Shown here piece by piece: positions 51,690 to 64,000 of a DNA stretch of 64,000 nt (positions are counted from its first letter, which is position 1; every line of letters begins with the position of its first letter). This stretch comes from Gracilinanus agilis. Taxonomy: Eukaryota. Both the position numbers and the translations under genes were made by a program. The notes beneath the pieces are model-generated. The model searched no databases. It worked only from the letters and a program-made list of their open reading frames with translations, and was not told the DNA's origin. Location of the stretch: contig NC_058130.1 in assembly GCF_016433145.1 (NCBI RefSeq), positions 492,717,817 through 492,781,816 of the forward strand, written 5' to 3'.

Positions 51690-53010
51690 CAGCTGTGTTA
51701 TCTGTGTAACTATTCCAAGTGTAGGCTAATCTCTTGTCATGGAGGAAATGTGACTGAGCCATTGTCAGTGATATTTGAAAAATTATAGAAAAATGGAAGA
51801 GTTGCTGCAAAATCAGAGAAAAGCAAATATCTCATTTTTAAAAGGGGTAAGGGGAGAAGAAGGCCTCAGATTCTAAACCCATAAGCTTGGTTTCTGTTCC
51901 TCAGAAAAATGTATTAAGAATCATTGAAAAGGTAGTTGGAGGAGCTCTAGAAGTGTCTTATTTCAATTAATCAGCATGCTTCATTAAGAATTCAGTCATG
52001 CTAAACTTAATTCTTTTTACTTTTTTTTTTGCATGATTACTAATCTAATAGTTAAGGGGAATCCTGATATATAAATTATTACTGACATGAATAAGTCACT
52101 TAGCCTTTTTCTAGCTCAGTTTCTTTAACTGCAAAATATAAGGATTAAATGATATAGTATTTGTAGATTGCTTTGCAAACTTTAAAGTCCTACATAAATG
52201 CTAGTTATTATTACCCAGGTCTTAACAAAGACAGTAGGGATCCAAAAAGATCTTGACAGGTCTGAGCATTAGACTAGATCTAATAAGATTAATTCATTAG
52301 GATGAACTAAATATCCAAAATTACACTGGGAGGTTAAAAAGAATAAGTGCAAGATGTGGGAGGCATGGTTAAAAAGCAGTTGCTCCTAAAAAGATCTGAG
52401 GATTTTAATGGATTTACAAGCTCAGTATGAATGATCGATGAAATGTGGCAGCCAAAAAAGCTGCATTTAGAGGGGCATCCTTTCCAAGGAATATTGGGGT
52501 GATGGTGCCACTCTAATTCTTCCTTCAGACATCATTTGAAGTACTGTGTTCATTTGTGAACATTATGAATTTATTCATCAATAAGCTAGAAGGTGTCCAG
52601 CAGGTGGCTACCAAAATAGTGAAGGGCTAAAAAATAAATTCATGTCATACATGGGTCATTTCAGGGAACTGAGAATCCTTAGCCTAAAGAAAAGTCTCAA
52701 GTCATGGTAGTTTTCTTCAACTACTTTAAGGATTACTTTGTAGAGGAAGGATAAGATTTGTACTGTTTGGCCATAGAGGTCAAAATCAGGAACAATGGGT
52801 AGAAGCTGAAAGGGGGTTCTGTTTAGGCTTGACAGCAGAAAAATAAATTCCTGACAATTAGAATTGTCCAAAAATAGAATAGGTTGCCTGAAAAAGTTAC
52901 GGATTTTCTCTCTCAAGAGGTTTCAAGGAGAGGGTGAATGGCCATTTCTTGGATGTGTTCTAGGGATGTTTCCATCAGTTGGATTAAATGACTGCTAAGA
53001 ATCCTTCCAG
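51690..53010 (+). mobile_element. L3/CR1 relic (RT region to 3' end) with MIR insertion at about 52085-52215
   Basis: gtgactgagccattgtcagtgatatttgaaaaatt..agaaaagcaaat (degenerate ..EPLSVIFEK..W.KAN), gaaggtgtccagcagg.. Confidence 0.75.
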
Positions 53011-53502
53011 ATTTTAAATCCTCTAGTAGCTGTCCTCAAGTACATTAAAAACTGTCACATGGAAGAGGGATTAGACTCTTTCTTCTTAAGGCATTGGAAG
53101 GAACTTGCAGATTCAGATTCTTTTTTTTTAAATTTCCTAATGATTACAGGCTAATTTAAAAAAAGGAAAAAGGAATGAGCTGTCATTTCCCAAAAAAATG
53201 TAGCAGGTCCCCTTTCGTAAGCAGTGTTCAAACAGAGGGATGAAGTATGCTGTCAAAGAAAAACTTTTGCTAATATAGTACAGTGGAAAGTGCACTAACT
53301 CTGGAATCGGAGAGTCTAGAGTCAAACTTGCCATTGAGATTTGCTATCTGCATGACAAGCATGATCCTGCACAAGTCACTTCCCCTGCTCTGGCTCTCAG
53401 TTTCCTCATCTGCAAAATGAGGGAACAGAGAGATGGCCTCTAAAGTCCTTCCAAGACCCTATAATTCTCAACTTTATGCCACTGTTAATGTGAGGGCCTT
53501 TT

Positions 53503-53683
53503 TTTTTTTAACCTCTATTTTCCATCTTAGAATCAATACTATATATTGGTTCCAAGGCAGAAGAGCTTTAAGAGCTAGGCAGTTGTGGTCAAGTGACTTG
53601 CTTGAACACAACTGGGAGATCCAAAGTGAGATTTGAACTCAAGACTGATCTCCAGGCCTAGCTTTCTATCCACTAGCTGTCTC
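53503..53683 (-). mobile_element. Older SINE1_Mdo
   Basis: 10-bp TSD agggcctttt at 53493-53502 and 53684-53693. Confidence 0.82.
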
Positions 53684-54060
53684 AGGGCCTTTTATTTCTA
53701 ATAGGTCCAGTTTAATGTCTTTGTGCTAGCCAAGAAAACATATTTATTTCCTCCCCTTCATCCCCCCAATTTTAGTTGAATCCTTTCCACTTCTAAACTA
53801 TTACACATCATCTCCCTTAGATGCCTTCTGGAACAATGCTGTCATCTCCCTATGCCAAACCATTTCTTGACTTTCCTTCCAAAACTCTTTGACTGTTCAA
53901 ATTTGCCTATATTACTCCCATCTCCAACCATGCTAATAGTTCTTAGTACTTTTGGGCTTTTCATGAATAAAAGTTCTTGGGGGAGGGGAGGGGAAGGTAA
54001 AAACATTTTTTTGGAACTAGAACCTGGAAAAGTTCTAAAGTCATAACCAGTCAAATTAGA

Positions 54061-54376
54061 TCTATTACAATATTGAGAAAGTGTCTTGACCTGCTATTAC
54101 CATTCGCCAACAAAATAATTAGCTATTATATGTTGAAAGGTCACATCCCCTATCAGGTATTTTATAAAAGCATTCTTGGCATCAACCCGGTGGATTAAAA
54201 GCCAGGCCTAGAGACAGGAGGAGGTCCTGAGTTCAAATCTGGCCTCAGACACTTCCTAGCTGTGAGGACCCTGGGCAAGTCACTTGACCCCCATTGCCTA
54301 GCCCTTACCACCCTTCTGCCTTGGAACCAATACACAGTAAAAATTCTAAGACAGAAGATAAGGATTTTTAAAAAAA
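54061..54376 (+). mobile_element. SINE1_Mdo (about 54178-54376) with about 120 bp of extra 5' sequence inside the TSD
   Basis: 12-bp TSD agtcaaattaga at 54049-54060 and 54377-54388. Confidence 0.75.
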
Positions 54377-56242
54377 AGTCAAATTAGAAGAATTAATCCT
54401 TCTTAATGCTAGTTTACATAAGATTCCCCCAAAAGCTTGCTTTTGTGTATTTAGTCTACTCCAGCTTTAGGGTATCCTCAATAAGGTACTTTTACTCACT
54501 AACTTTGCAGGGCCTAAGTTCTTTGTAAAAACAAAAAATATTATCACATCATTATGTCCACTAAGTCATATAGAAGACTGGAGTTCCTTTACATACTGTG
54601 TGTATATATAAATTTGTCCCATCTTGAGCCATGTCTTTTTAGGATATCACAGTAGTCTCATAAGAAAACCTTGTTGTTGCTGTTACTTTCAAGTACTCAT
54701 GTCTATACTACACTACTTGGCTTTTATTCTTTAAGGTCTTTTGACATAACATATGCCTGCAACAATTAGCACTTTTAGGAGTTGTCATCCATCCTGCCTT
54801 TCAGATCTATAGGGTTAGCAGCTTCAACTAGCTCATCAGTATTGTCAAGCCAGCTGTGCTCTAGGACTTCTGATGAACCTGTTTTGCCAGAAGATAAAAT
54901 TTTAGGTGAGGCAAGAGCCAAGTAAGTCTTTCTTTAACTTGGAGCACTGAGTAAAGCACCTCAGATTCATCGACACTACTATGTCTTTCAAAAGTAAAGA
55001 TGAAAATAATGACTATTGCCATTATCAGAAGTTATTTCTTTCCATCTCTGGAAAGATTCTGAATCTGAACTTCTCTTTAATATCATTAACTCAGTGCTAT
55101 CACCATCAAAATTTAGCCATAGTCTGCCACACTGAGTAAGTAATAGATGTGATCTTTGAAATGCAGAAGAAACAGGAAGAGTTCCAAGAAACAGAATGAT
55201 ACCTCTTGTGTGTATGTGTATGTATGTATGTATATAAAAGCATTTAATGACATTAGTAGTCCTTTAATCATGTAGCTTAAAGTATGAAAACCCAATTAGC
55301 CAGCCAGATCACATTTAAAGGCTATGTCATAATAAAAAATGACCCATCAAATTAAAGTTGGTGGTACCACATTGTTGCTATTCTCTGTTAAAAAGGTTTT
55401 GTTTTTTTTTTTTCCAATTCACCTGTTTGGTACTGTCTTATTCATCATGTTTATGCATGCTTTAATATACAACAGGAAACTTGAAAACTGGTAGTAGAAT
55501 ATTCTTTAATTGCTTTGATTCTAGTTCAACAGGTTATAAAAATTGTGGGGCATAAAAGATTTAAGAGTAATTGTCCTTCAGAAATGAACATGCAAATTTT
55601 TGTTTTTTTATTCAGCTTTTGTCTTGGGACATGCAAATATTTTTGGCATAATAGGATTGTCCTAATAGTTCAAGTATTAAAATGGGTTAATGTAAGAGCT
55701 TATGGACAGTCAAGTCAGTACAGTGACATAGATTTGTAATGAACCTGAAAAAACCTCTTGTCATTCAGTTTGAAACAGGAAAATGCTTGAAGCATTTCAC
55801 CTTAAAATTGCCCCTTGTTTGAAAGAGAGAGAGAATTGTCCCTAATTTCTAATATCACTTTTAAACCTATCAGATATCAAAATGGAATTTTGAGTAGACA
55901 GATTAGTAGTATAGGACCAGTTGCCCCTGACTTGCTAAAAGTTACTAAGTAGCAGCAAGTCTATTACTTGGTTGTCAAAATATGCAGTCCTAGTTAAAAA
56001 AACAAAAACAAACTGAATCTAAAATATCTTTCCACTTCTGCTTTCATAATCTGTTTTGTTGCTATCCCTTAAAACTAATATCACCAATGACTGCCAAATA
56101 GTTCCCAAGCTGGATAAAAATCCATTTTAAAAGGAATTAGTGTTTAATGTTCTGATGTTCAAATACTGTTTTAATATTTCACTGAAAAATGAGGTTTTCT
56201 GAGTGAGCACTTTTCTCACATAATGAAAGTACTTTTTAAGTG

Positions 56243-56295
56243 TTTTTTTTTTTTTTGTTTTTTTTTTTTTTTGTTTTTTTTTGTTTTTTTTTTTT
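56243..56295. repeat. Poly(T) tract periodically interrupted by G
   Basis: Read directly. Confidence 0.9.
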
Positions 56296-58471
56296 GAAAA
56301 AGAGCATGATATAGTTGACTGAGTGTTGGTCTTAATATCAAGAAGTTTCAGGCTAAAATACTGACTGAGTTTAGTGCTACATGACCATGGGCCTTTGTGC
56401 CTCAGTTTCCTCATCTATGAAATGAAGATAATACCTGTAATACCTCCCTCATAGCCTTGTTGAAAGACCTAAGTGAAATTATATATATATATGCATATAT
56501 GTATGTATGTATGTATGTATATAAAAGCACTTTGTAATTTTAAAGTGCCATATAAATAATAATTACTATTTAACACTGAAAATTTTTAATTATCTTTATG
56601 GAAAGGTTTCTACACTTCTTTAATGCCTTAGTAAATAATACAATAAAGATTTCATTTGTGATTCAGTAATCATTTTGAGCATCAATTATTTTATTACAAT
56701 TGTATATGCTCATACTGTTGTAAAAATGTAATGACTAGCACTTATATAGCACTTTAGGTATAGGTAGATGCAGTCATTATTATAGAATCTGTTTTTCAAG
56801 AATAAAATGAGATAGTATTTTAAAGTGCTTTGTAAATCTTAAAGCACTACATAAATACTATCTGTTATTATCATTCCTATTTTATAGATGGGTAAACCTA
56901 GGTTCATATAGCTACTAAGTGTCTGAGGAGTATTTAAGCCCCGGTATTCCTGACTTCAGGTCCAGTACTCTGTCCACCATGCTCCTTAGCTGGTACTAAT
57001 TACAGGTTGTTATAGTGCCATATTGGTGTTACCCACTGCTGTGGTCACCCTGAGTCTTAGGTTATCCTCTGGGTCAGCAATCCTGTTCCTTCCCCTTCCC
57101 CACCCTGCCACAGATTGTACCAGATCAGGTCTTAATGCACAGCCTGAATTTAAGTATTCTCTCTGCTATTTATTCCCTGTGTAATGCTGGCCAAGACACT
57201 ATCTCTATAGATGAGTTTCCTTGTCTGTAAACTGAGGATATTTGACTAGATAATCTCTGAAGGCTCTTCCACCACTGAATGTATGATTTTATTAACCCCC
57301 AGCTCTGCACTTGCTCCGGTATACACAAGCTCATTTACTCTCACCCTCAGAGATACTCTCTACAGTCACAAACTGATTCACTTCCCTCTCCCCCTATATA
57401 TTTAACTTTAATTTGTTTTTTATTATGAATGCATGTTTTATTGCAAAATAACAAATAGTCCCCTGGGTACTCACAGAATAAACAACTTCTTTGCACATTC
57501 CCCAGATCACTGCTTAAACTGTCACCACCACAAACATTATCATTTTGTCAAAATCTATACTCACTCTTCCATTATTCCCAGGCTTGTCTCTGTTCATTCA
57601 ATTGACCTAGCACCAGCCCCAGGGTAATTTCCTGATACTCTTAAATAAACCCTCAAGATTTCAGTCTCCTTCCTCCCCTTTGAGTTTCTAAGACATAGTT
57701 AAATCTTTCTTCTCCCTTTGGCATAATTGGCCCCTATCTTTTGACACATACAAACAGAGGTTATCAAGTATGTGGGGCAGTTTATTCCTTCAGTCTGCTG
57801 TGTTTTTCTAGATGAGGTTTTCTGGTTTCCAAATTGCACTTTCTCTCACTTTCTGTAATCACTAGGTGTGCTTCAAGCATCTTCGATCACCATTTCTCAT
57901 CTGTACTTCCCTTAAATAGCAAAGCGAATTAAAGAAGAGCCATTAATTTTCTACACAAGTCTTCATACGTCTCTCACAAAATAAAGCGCCTGGATTTCAT
58001 GACAGACTTTCCCCTCAATACTCAGAGGCAGTTTTTCATTACTTAATAGTTCTCTTTTCAGGATGATTCAGATGGTCAAAAATCTAGTTGCTAAATTCAA
58101 GTGTGACTTTTTTATGTACTGTTTCTTTGGAGGGAAGAAGAGAGGTGATTTTAAAATATTAAGACAGTTTTTACTTAATTTAACCTAAGACAAACCAAGT
58201 TGTATCAAGACTTTCTTGCCTATGTAGTCAGTGACTGTTTTCACATAGTAGTACCTTATATGCTGGCCACTTTGTTGCACAGTGTAATTCCTGTTCTTTA
58301 CACATATCCATATACAGTGTCCTTAAAGACTCGGAACATGATTTGATAAATCCACTTTATATATAATTTATAATACCACAATTAGATAGATGCTTTTAAA
58401 AAAGCCAATGATATGGGCCACTGGTGGGAAGCTGGCGGTTGTAAGAGAAAAAGGCATTTCCATATTGTGTT

Positions 58472-58684
58472 GGGTTTGTTTTTGTTTATTTTTTTTTTTT
58501 AATTTTTTGTAACCCTTAACTTCTGTGTATTGGCTCCTTGGTGGAAGAGTGGTAAGGGTGGGCAATGGAGGTCAAGTGACTTGCCCAGGGTCACACAGCT
58601 GGGAAGTGTCTGAGGCCAGATTTGAACCTAGGACCTCCCGTCTCTAGGCCTGACTCTCAATCCACTGAGCTACCCAGCTGCCCC
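58472..58684 (-). mobile_element. SINE1_Mdo, full length
   Basis: 13-bp TSD tccatattgtgtt at 58459-58471 and 58685-58697. Confidence 0.92.
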
Positions 58685-60358
58685 TCCATATTGTGTTTTG
58701 TCAAAATAAATCTAAAAGGTAAAGTGGCCTAGTTGATAGCTGGATGGATTTGAAACGAAGGTCTAGATATTAATTCCTGATTATGCCCCATACTATCTTT
58801 TTCTATCTGTTGGGCAAGCCACTTAGCTTATTTTAGCCTCAGTTTCTTCATTTGCATTAAAGAAATAATTTTATAGCATCTACTTCAGGGTTGTTATAAG
58901 GCTCAAATGAGATAATATATCATAGATCTCTTCATAAACCTTATTTCTATATATAATATGTAGAAAGAATTCCTTGAGGTCAGGGACTATTTTTCACTTG
59001 TCTACCCAGTGCTTCCCACTCTGCCTTGAACAAAGTAAAAGTTTAATAAGTGTGAAAATATAGGTGCTTACTAATTAATTGGCCACTTGAACTAGGATGA
59101 TAATATGCTTCTCTATAAAGAATAAAGAATGAGATTTGCCCATGAATTGTGTTTTATTAAAAGGATGTTTATGGGAGAATATTATACTCTTAATATTTTT
59201 TATTGATGCAACCTTCAACTCCTACCCACCGGGGAACACAATCTCTATTGGTAGGTTAAATGTTTATTCTGTTGTTTGAATCATTTTCATATGATACATT
59301 TCTGTGGGAATAATTTAGAAAAAGAAATGCTTGATGTCTTCTATGATTTCTACTGCCTTGTTAAATTTCCATATTGATGTGCCCCCACTCTTATCTCATG
59401 AATATTTATACCTATTCCTTGCAGAAGGATCTGAGACACAAATACCAGGCTTTTTTTTTTTAACCATTGCTCATCAAGTTTTGACAATAATTCCAGTTTG
59501 TAATATATTTTAAATGGCAAAATAAGTTCCTAGCATGTTATGAAAATTGTTAAGCCATCTGGTCCTCATATCAAAAGAATTGGGAGTGGGATAGCCTAGT
59601 GATACCAAATCAACAAATCCAGTGAAAAGTTTTTTGATAGATTTTAAAGATATCTAATCTCTGAGATAGAATATTATCCTATAATATATAAGGCCGTTAG
59701 GAGTTATATGACAGGGGATTGCAAATTTGCCCAGCTCCAGAGTCACATTCCTCTGAGTACCTCTAGGATAACATATGGCAAGCATATGATTCCATGGAAT
59801 AGAAATAATCTCTGTTAAGCCTCTGTGCAGAATCGTTAGTGCACATATTTGGAAAGTGGGTGATGCCAGTGGGCATACCACTGGAGGAGACAAAAGTAAC
59901 TTAGAAAGTAATTGGAAGGGAACAGTCAACTTCTGGTGCCCAAGAAGAGAAATCATCACTTTCCTTCTCAAATGTTTGACTATTCTTACTAGATTGAGCT
60001 TTAATAAAAGAATCAAGATTGTGGTGTACAAAGGGAATATGTCCAAAGGGAAGTGAAATTTGAGAAGGGGAAGTTCCTGAGAGAAAATTATATATGAGTG
60101 AAAAGGGAAAATATAGTTGTCAAAATGCTATAGATTAAGAGCTGGAAGGAACATTAGAGGTCACTGAGTCTAATCTTCCTCCTTTTACAGATCACTTATT
60201 ACCTATATGACCTTGGGCAAGTCATTTTACCACTGATAGCCTTTGGTTCCTCAACTATAACTGAGATAATAGTGCCTCACAGAATGAAATGAGATAATAT
60301 TTGAAAAGCCCAAAGCACAGTATTTGACACATAGTAGATGCTTAGTAAATACTTGCTT

Positions 60359-60359
<1 letters not shown>

Positions 60360-60397
<38 letters not shown>

Positions 60398-60411
60398 CTT
60401 TCCTTCCTTCT
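60360..60411. repeat. (CT)n microsatellite about 270 nt upstream of the JPH1 exon 4 acceptor
   Basis: Read directly. Confidence 0.92.
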
Positions 60412-60671
60412 TTCCTTTCATACAAACTACAGAGGTAGAAGAAACTGGACTTGACCCCAGGTCTTCTAACTCCAAAGTCAACTTAACCTACTATACCATG
60501 ATACCAAATATATAGTCACCTTCAGATTAAAATGTGCAGCTTTTCTAAACATAGCTCTGCTTCACATCTAAAAGTAGAATAAGTGAATTTAATCCAGCAG
60601 AAACTGTCAGCAGAATTAATAAGGCATCACATCCTATTTTAGTCACATTTTTCCATTGTCATCTCTTACAG

Positions 60672-61315
60672 GTCCTGATTATATCAAACAGAGATTTCAG
60701 GAAGGCATAGAAACTAAAGAAAATCCAGAAGAAAAAGTTCCAGAAAAGCCACCTTCACCAAAGGAATCTCCTCATTTTTATAGGAAAGGCACAACTCCCC
60801 CCAGATCTCCTGAGCCAAGTCCAAAATCAAGCCACTCTCCTCAGCCTTCCTCCCCAGTGAAAAAGCAAAACCCTAGCTCAGGGGCAAGACTCAATCAAGA
60901 AAACAAGAGTATCACAGATGAGCATGTAACAGCAGTTGTCAACAAGCCCCTACTTTCAAAGGTACCCCCAAAGGAGGAGGTAACAGTATTGCCTCAGTCC
61001 AAATACTCTGGCCAACAAAATACCTCCTTCCACCCTGGTAATGGGGAGTTGCATTCACAGTATCATGGCTATTATGTGAAACTGAATGCACCATTGCAAC
61101 CATCAGAAGACAAGGAGGAAGATAAAAGTGTGAACCAGTCTTCTTTGGCACTGGTACCCAAGCAACCACATCAGAAATCAAGTCCCCCTAAATCCACGAC
61201 AAAACTAGCTGCCAAAGAAAGCAAACCTGAGCCAAAAGTGAAGAAGTCTGAACTTGCCACACCAAAGAATCCAGCAAATGATTCATATTCTTCTTTAGGA
61301 AAAGAAGATAATTCG
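60672..61315 (+). CDS. JPH1: JPH1 coding exon (exon 4 by homology), 644 nt, Pro/Ser/Lys-rich divergent region
   Basis: Acceptor ..catctcttacAG (60670-71), donor TCG|GTGAGT (61316); phase 1 in matches the upstream exon (CCA G|GT CCT GAT); open frame with JPH1 motifs KESPHFYRKGTTPPRSPE, KKQNPSSGARLNQ, NGELHSQYHGYYVKLNAP. Confidence 0.96.
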
Positions 61316-61959
61316 GTGAGTTTTATAGGAAACCTCTTCCTCTGTCCTAATACATGCTCTTAGGGGATTTTCCTTTCCACTAGCAATGTGAAATGATTAT
61401 TAGCCAAGAGATTATTGAATTACTTAAACCAGAGTATAAATGTGCACGGAATTGTTTCTAAAGTTTAGCATATTTTTTTGAAACCAAGGACTTTCAACTC
61501 AGAAATCTTCCAATATTCTTTTTCCAGTCAAATTGAGATAATTTGGAAAACTAATGGTTGCCTACCCACATTTTTTACCACATTGTTTTCCAGTACTGGA
61601 AGCAGTGTTTTAAGTGCTAAGAAGCAGTTGTAGCTATTGTTTAATGACTGCTATTAATACCTGCTGTTCAAAAACACTGTCCTATATAGACTTGAAAGAG
61701 AAAAAGATAGAGATGGTACAGAAGCTGTTTTCAAGAGACTTAAAATTTGTAAGGAATAAAAGGCATGTGCACTAAAGACTTTGATTCTAGAGAGTCTGTT
61801 AAGTACAAAATAGCAATGTGCTTTGAGAAATTTGAAGGGGAAACAATGACTTTTCCATGAGGTCCCCAGGGAAAGTTCCAAGAAGGAAGTGTTGTCTAGG
61901 TTTAACCTTAAAAAAAAAAAAAAAAAAAAAACACTTCAGGCAGACATGGGGTTGATAAG

Positions 61960-62880
61960 GGATCCATTCAAAAAGACAGTGTCAAAAAAGTGAGAGGAAG
62001 CAAGATGGAAATAGTCTCTGAGACTTGGCTGGTTTTCTTGGAAAGTTAAGTACATGAAAAAAGGCAGTATTGAAAAGATAGGTTGAAAGTCGGTTTTAGA
62101 TAGCTATATGTTCAAGGATCAGTTTATATTTTATTCTCTAGGCATGAGGAGCCACTGAAGGATTTTTAACTAGGGAACTGATGTGATTAATCATGTTATG
62201 TACAGTGATACAGTAGAAAAGAGATGAAGGCCTGAACTAGGATCATTTCAGTGGTAGCATGAAGAAATAGTAATTGTGAGAGGTACAGGGGAAAGAGAGG
62301 ATCAATGGAATTTGGTGATTTCTTGGACCTGGAGACCAAATGAGAGAAGGAAGAATTAAAGGTAACTGTGAGGTTATTGGGATTCATGACTTGGAGATGA
62401 TATCAACAGAAATATAGAAGTTGAAGGACGGGAAAGTTTTAGAGAAAAAATAAGGAGTTAAGTTCAGGGCATATTGAGTTTTCAGTGCCATCAATTCATG
62501 TAGTAGAAATATCCAGCAGGCAGTTGTAAAGACAGATTTTGATCTCTGGGGAAACCTTGCCAGGGAAGGTAAAGATTTAGAAATCATATGTATAAATGTG
62601 ATAATTTAAACAACTAGAAGTTAATGGGCTCAGCTAGAAAGAAAACAGACCCCATGACAGAACCTCCTCCCACCTCTACACCTCCATGTAGAAAACGATC
62701 AGGAGTCAGCAAAGGACTAGTTAGAATGGTAGGAAAAGATATATAGGAAAACTGTATCATGAAATCAATTAGGGGAGAAGGCATCGAGAAGGAGAGTGAT
62801 AACAGTGTCAAATGCGTTAGATTAATCAAAGATAGAACAGAAAGAAAGTCATAGATTTGGCATTAAAAAGGCCATTACTC
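61960..62880 (-). mobile_element. L2 relic
   Basis: ggagccactgaagg..gagttcagggcatattgagttt..atccagcaggcagtt..gtgtcaaatgc reverse L2 motifs. Confidence 0.6.
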
Positions 62881-62890
62881 TGGAGGGAGA

Positions 62891-63064
62891 CCCCTTACCT
62901 TTCATCTTAGAGTATGTATTAGTTCTAAGGCAGAAAAGCAGAAAGGGCTGGGCAACGGGGGTTTAGAGACTTGCTCAAGGTCACATAGCTAGGAAATGTC
63001 TTGATCAGATTTGAACCCTGGAGCTCCCATCTCCAGGCCTGGCTCTCAATCTCCTGAGCCATCC
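62891..63064 (-). mobile_element. Older SINE1_Mdo
   Basis: cccttacctttcatcttag..cagatttgaaccc..ctccaggcctggctctcaatc. Confidence 0.8.
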
Positions 63065-64000
63065 AAAGAGAACACTTTTCAGAGGAATGTCAAGGATAGA
63101 ATCCAGATTGCAAGGATATAAAAATTGGGTCTAGGACAATGCTCCTAGATACTCCTTTGTTGCCAGAGCTAATCAGCATCCTTACATAAATATGCACATA
63201 TAGGACCTCTTTAGTCTTCAGATTCCTCACCTCTAAAATGAAAACAGTATCATAGTCTATTAGCTAGAGGGATAGTCAGGAAGATCTGGGTTCAAGTTCT
63301 TCCTCCAGCCTTAAAAGTCTATAAATTATAGATGGACTCCAGGTCTACATCAACCCATCAAGAATTCCCCCTGTCAGTGGAATCACAAGTCCAAATCTCC
63401 AACTGCCCTTTCTCTATTCCCCCACCCCCCTACCCCCTGAAAAATATAAGAGAGTAGATTTTCTAAATATTATGTGATCTTTAGAGCCAGGCCTATAACT
63501 CTGAAGACATTTTACATGGCCCTTCCGTTATCCTGTATATGATGTTGCCTTCACATATACTTCTTTAGAATTTCACTTTTCAGCCAGAACACCTTTCCTC
63601 AGGAGCAGTTTCCTAAGCAATGACTAAAACTTTGTCCATGCAAGGAGAATATTGTACTAGAATATTTTTAGACACCCAAGTTTTCTAGTGGATGATTTTG
63701 CTACCTGTTGTTTCTATTTTATTATCCTGCTCCTAATTTAATATTAGTCAACACAAGATCTGTTATTACCTATGCCTGACTGTGTTGCTGGCAAATTCCA
63801 AGTCTGTATCTATATGTGACTGATCATCCTCTATGGCTTGTGGAGCCTGTCTTCTCTTTTTTTTTAGCAGTATCAGGTACACAGTGACTAGGAAGAAAAA
63901 GTGTATTCCCAGACTCTGTAGAGCTTATGGAATCAGTTGCTGTAGTTAGTGATTGATAGAAATCTGCCCAGCAATTACAAAGCGGCCCAAAAGCCTTGTG

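Larger units (their letters stand above)
1..64000 (+). other. JPH1: Body of the junctophilin-1 gene: end of large intron 2 (>45.9 kb), exon 3, intron 3 (46095-60671), exon 4, start of intron 4
   Basis: Two in-frame spliced exons recognised as JPH1; no MORN-repeat or TM exon found in the window; exon numbering inferred from the mammalian gene structure. Confidence 0.9.

Noticed and set aside
55216-56533. gtatgtatgtatataaaagca occurring twice about 1.3 kb apart
   Set aside because: Mostly low-complexity (TATG)n; the second copy abuts a MIR tail
59654-60056. 130-aa minus-strand ORF with an overlapping 66-aa plus-strand ORF in non-repetitive-looking DNA
   Set aside because: No recognisable homology or splice context; could be an old repeat or regulatory DNA but cannot be supported
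150-64000. About 120 short ORFs (60-160 aa) in the six-frame track
   Set aside because: Many start at TTG/GTG, overlap SINEs, LINEs or microsatellites and show no recognisable domain; expected by chance. Only the two JPH1 exon-containing ORFs, L1 ORF1 and L1/L3 ORF2 remnants are meaningful
1-64000. Strand bias of SINE1 copies (about 13 antisense vs 5 sense)
   Set aside because: Sample too small to be distinguished from chance; mentioned only in the exonisation finding

Overview
This is marsupial genomic DNA: AT-rich, CpG-depleted and repeat-dense. The youngest SINEs match my recollection of the opossum SINE1_Mdo consensus, so Monodelphis or a close didelphid is likely. The whole window lies inside the junctophilin-1 (JPH1) gene on the + strand. 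Two coding exons are present: 45976-46094 (119 nt, ..[40 protein letters not shown]) and 60672-61315 (644 nt, GPDYIKQRFQEG..KEDNS). They splice in frame across a 14.6 kb GT-AG intron and correspond by homology to mammalian exons 3 and 4. The MORN-repeat exons and the transmembrane exon lie outside the window. The rest is intron filled with SINE1_Mdo, MAR1/MIR, L1, L2, L3/CR1, two hAT MITEs and microsatellites; almost all short ORFs in the track are noise. I found no RNA gene, CRISPR array or new multi-gene system. The most unusual observations are: (1) a tailless, 3'-truncated L1 with an intact 5'UTR, a 263-codon CTD-less ORF1 and a perfect 17-bp TSD; (2) a hAT MITE inserted into a SINE; (3) a duplicated intronic segment whose best-conserved part is a recursive-splice-site-like CAG|GT motif; (4) several non-canonical SINE insertions (chimera, 5' and 3' extras); (5) a candidate 6/9-nt microexon or alternative last exon upstream of the missing TM exon. 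All repeat-family and gene names come from recalled sequence, not from a database search.
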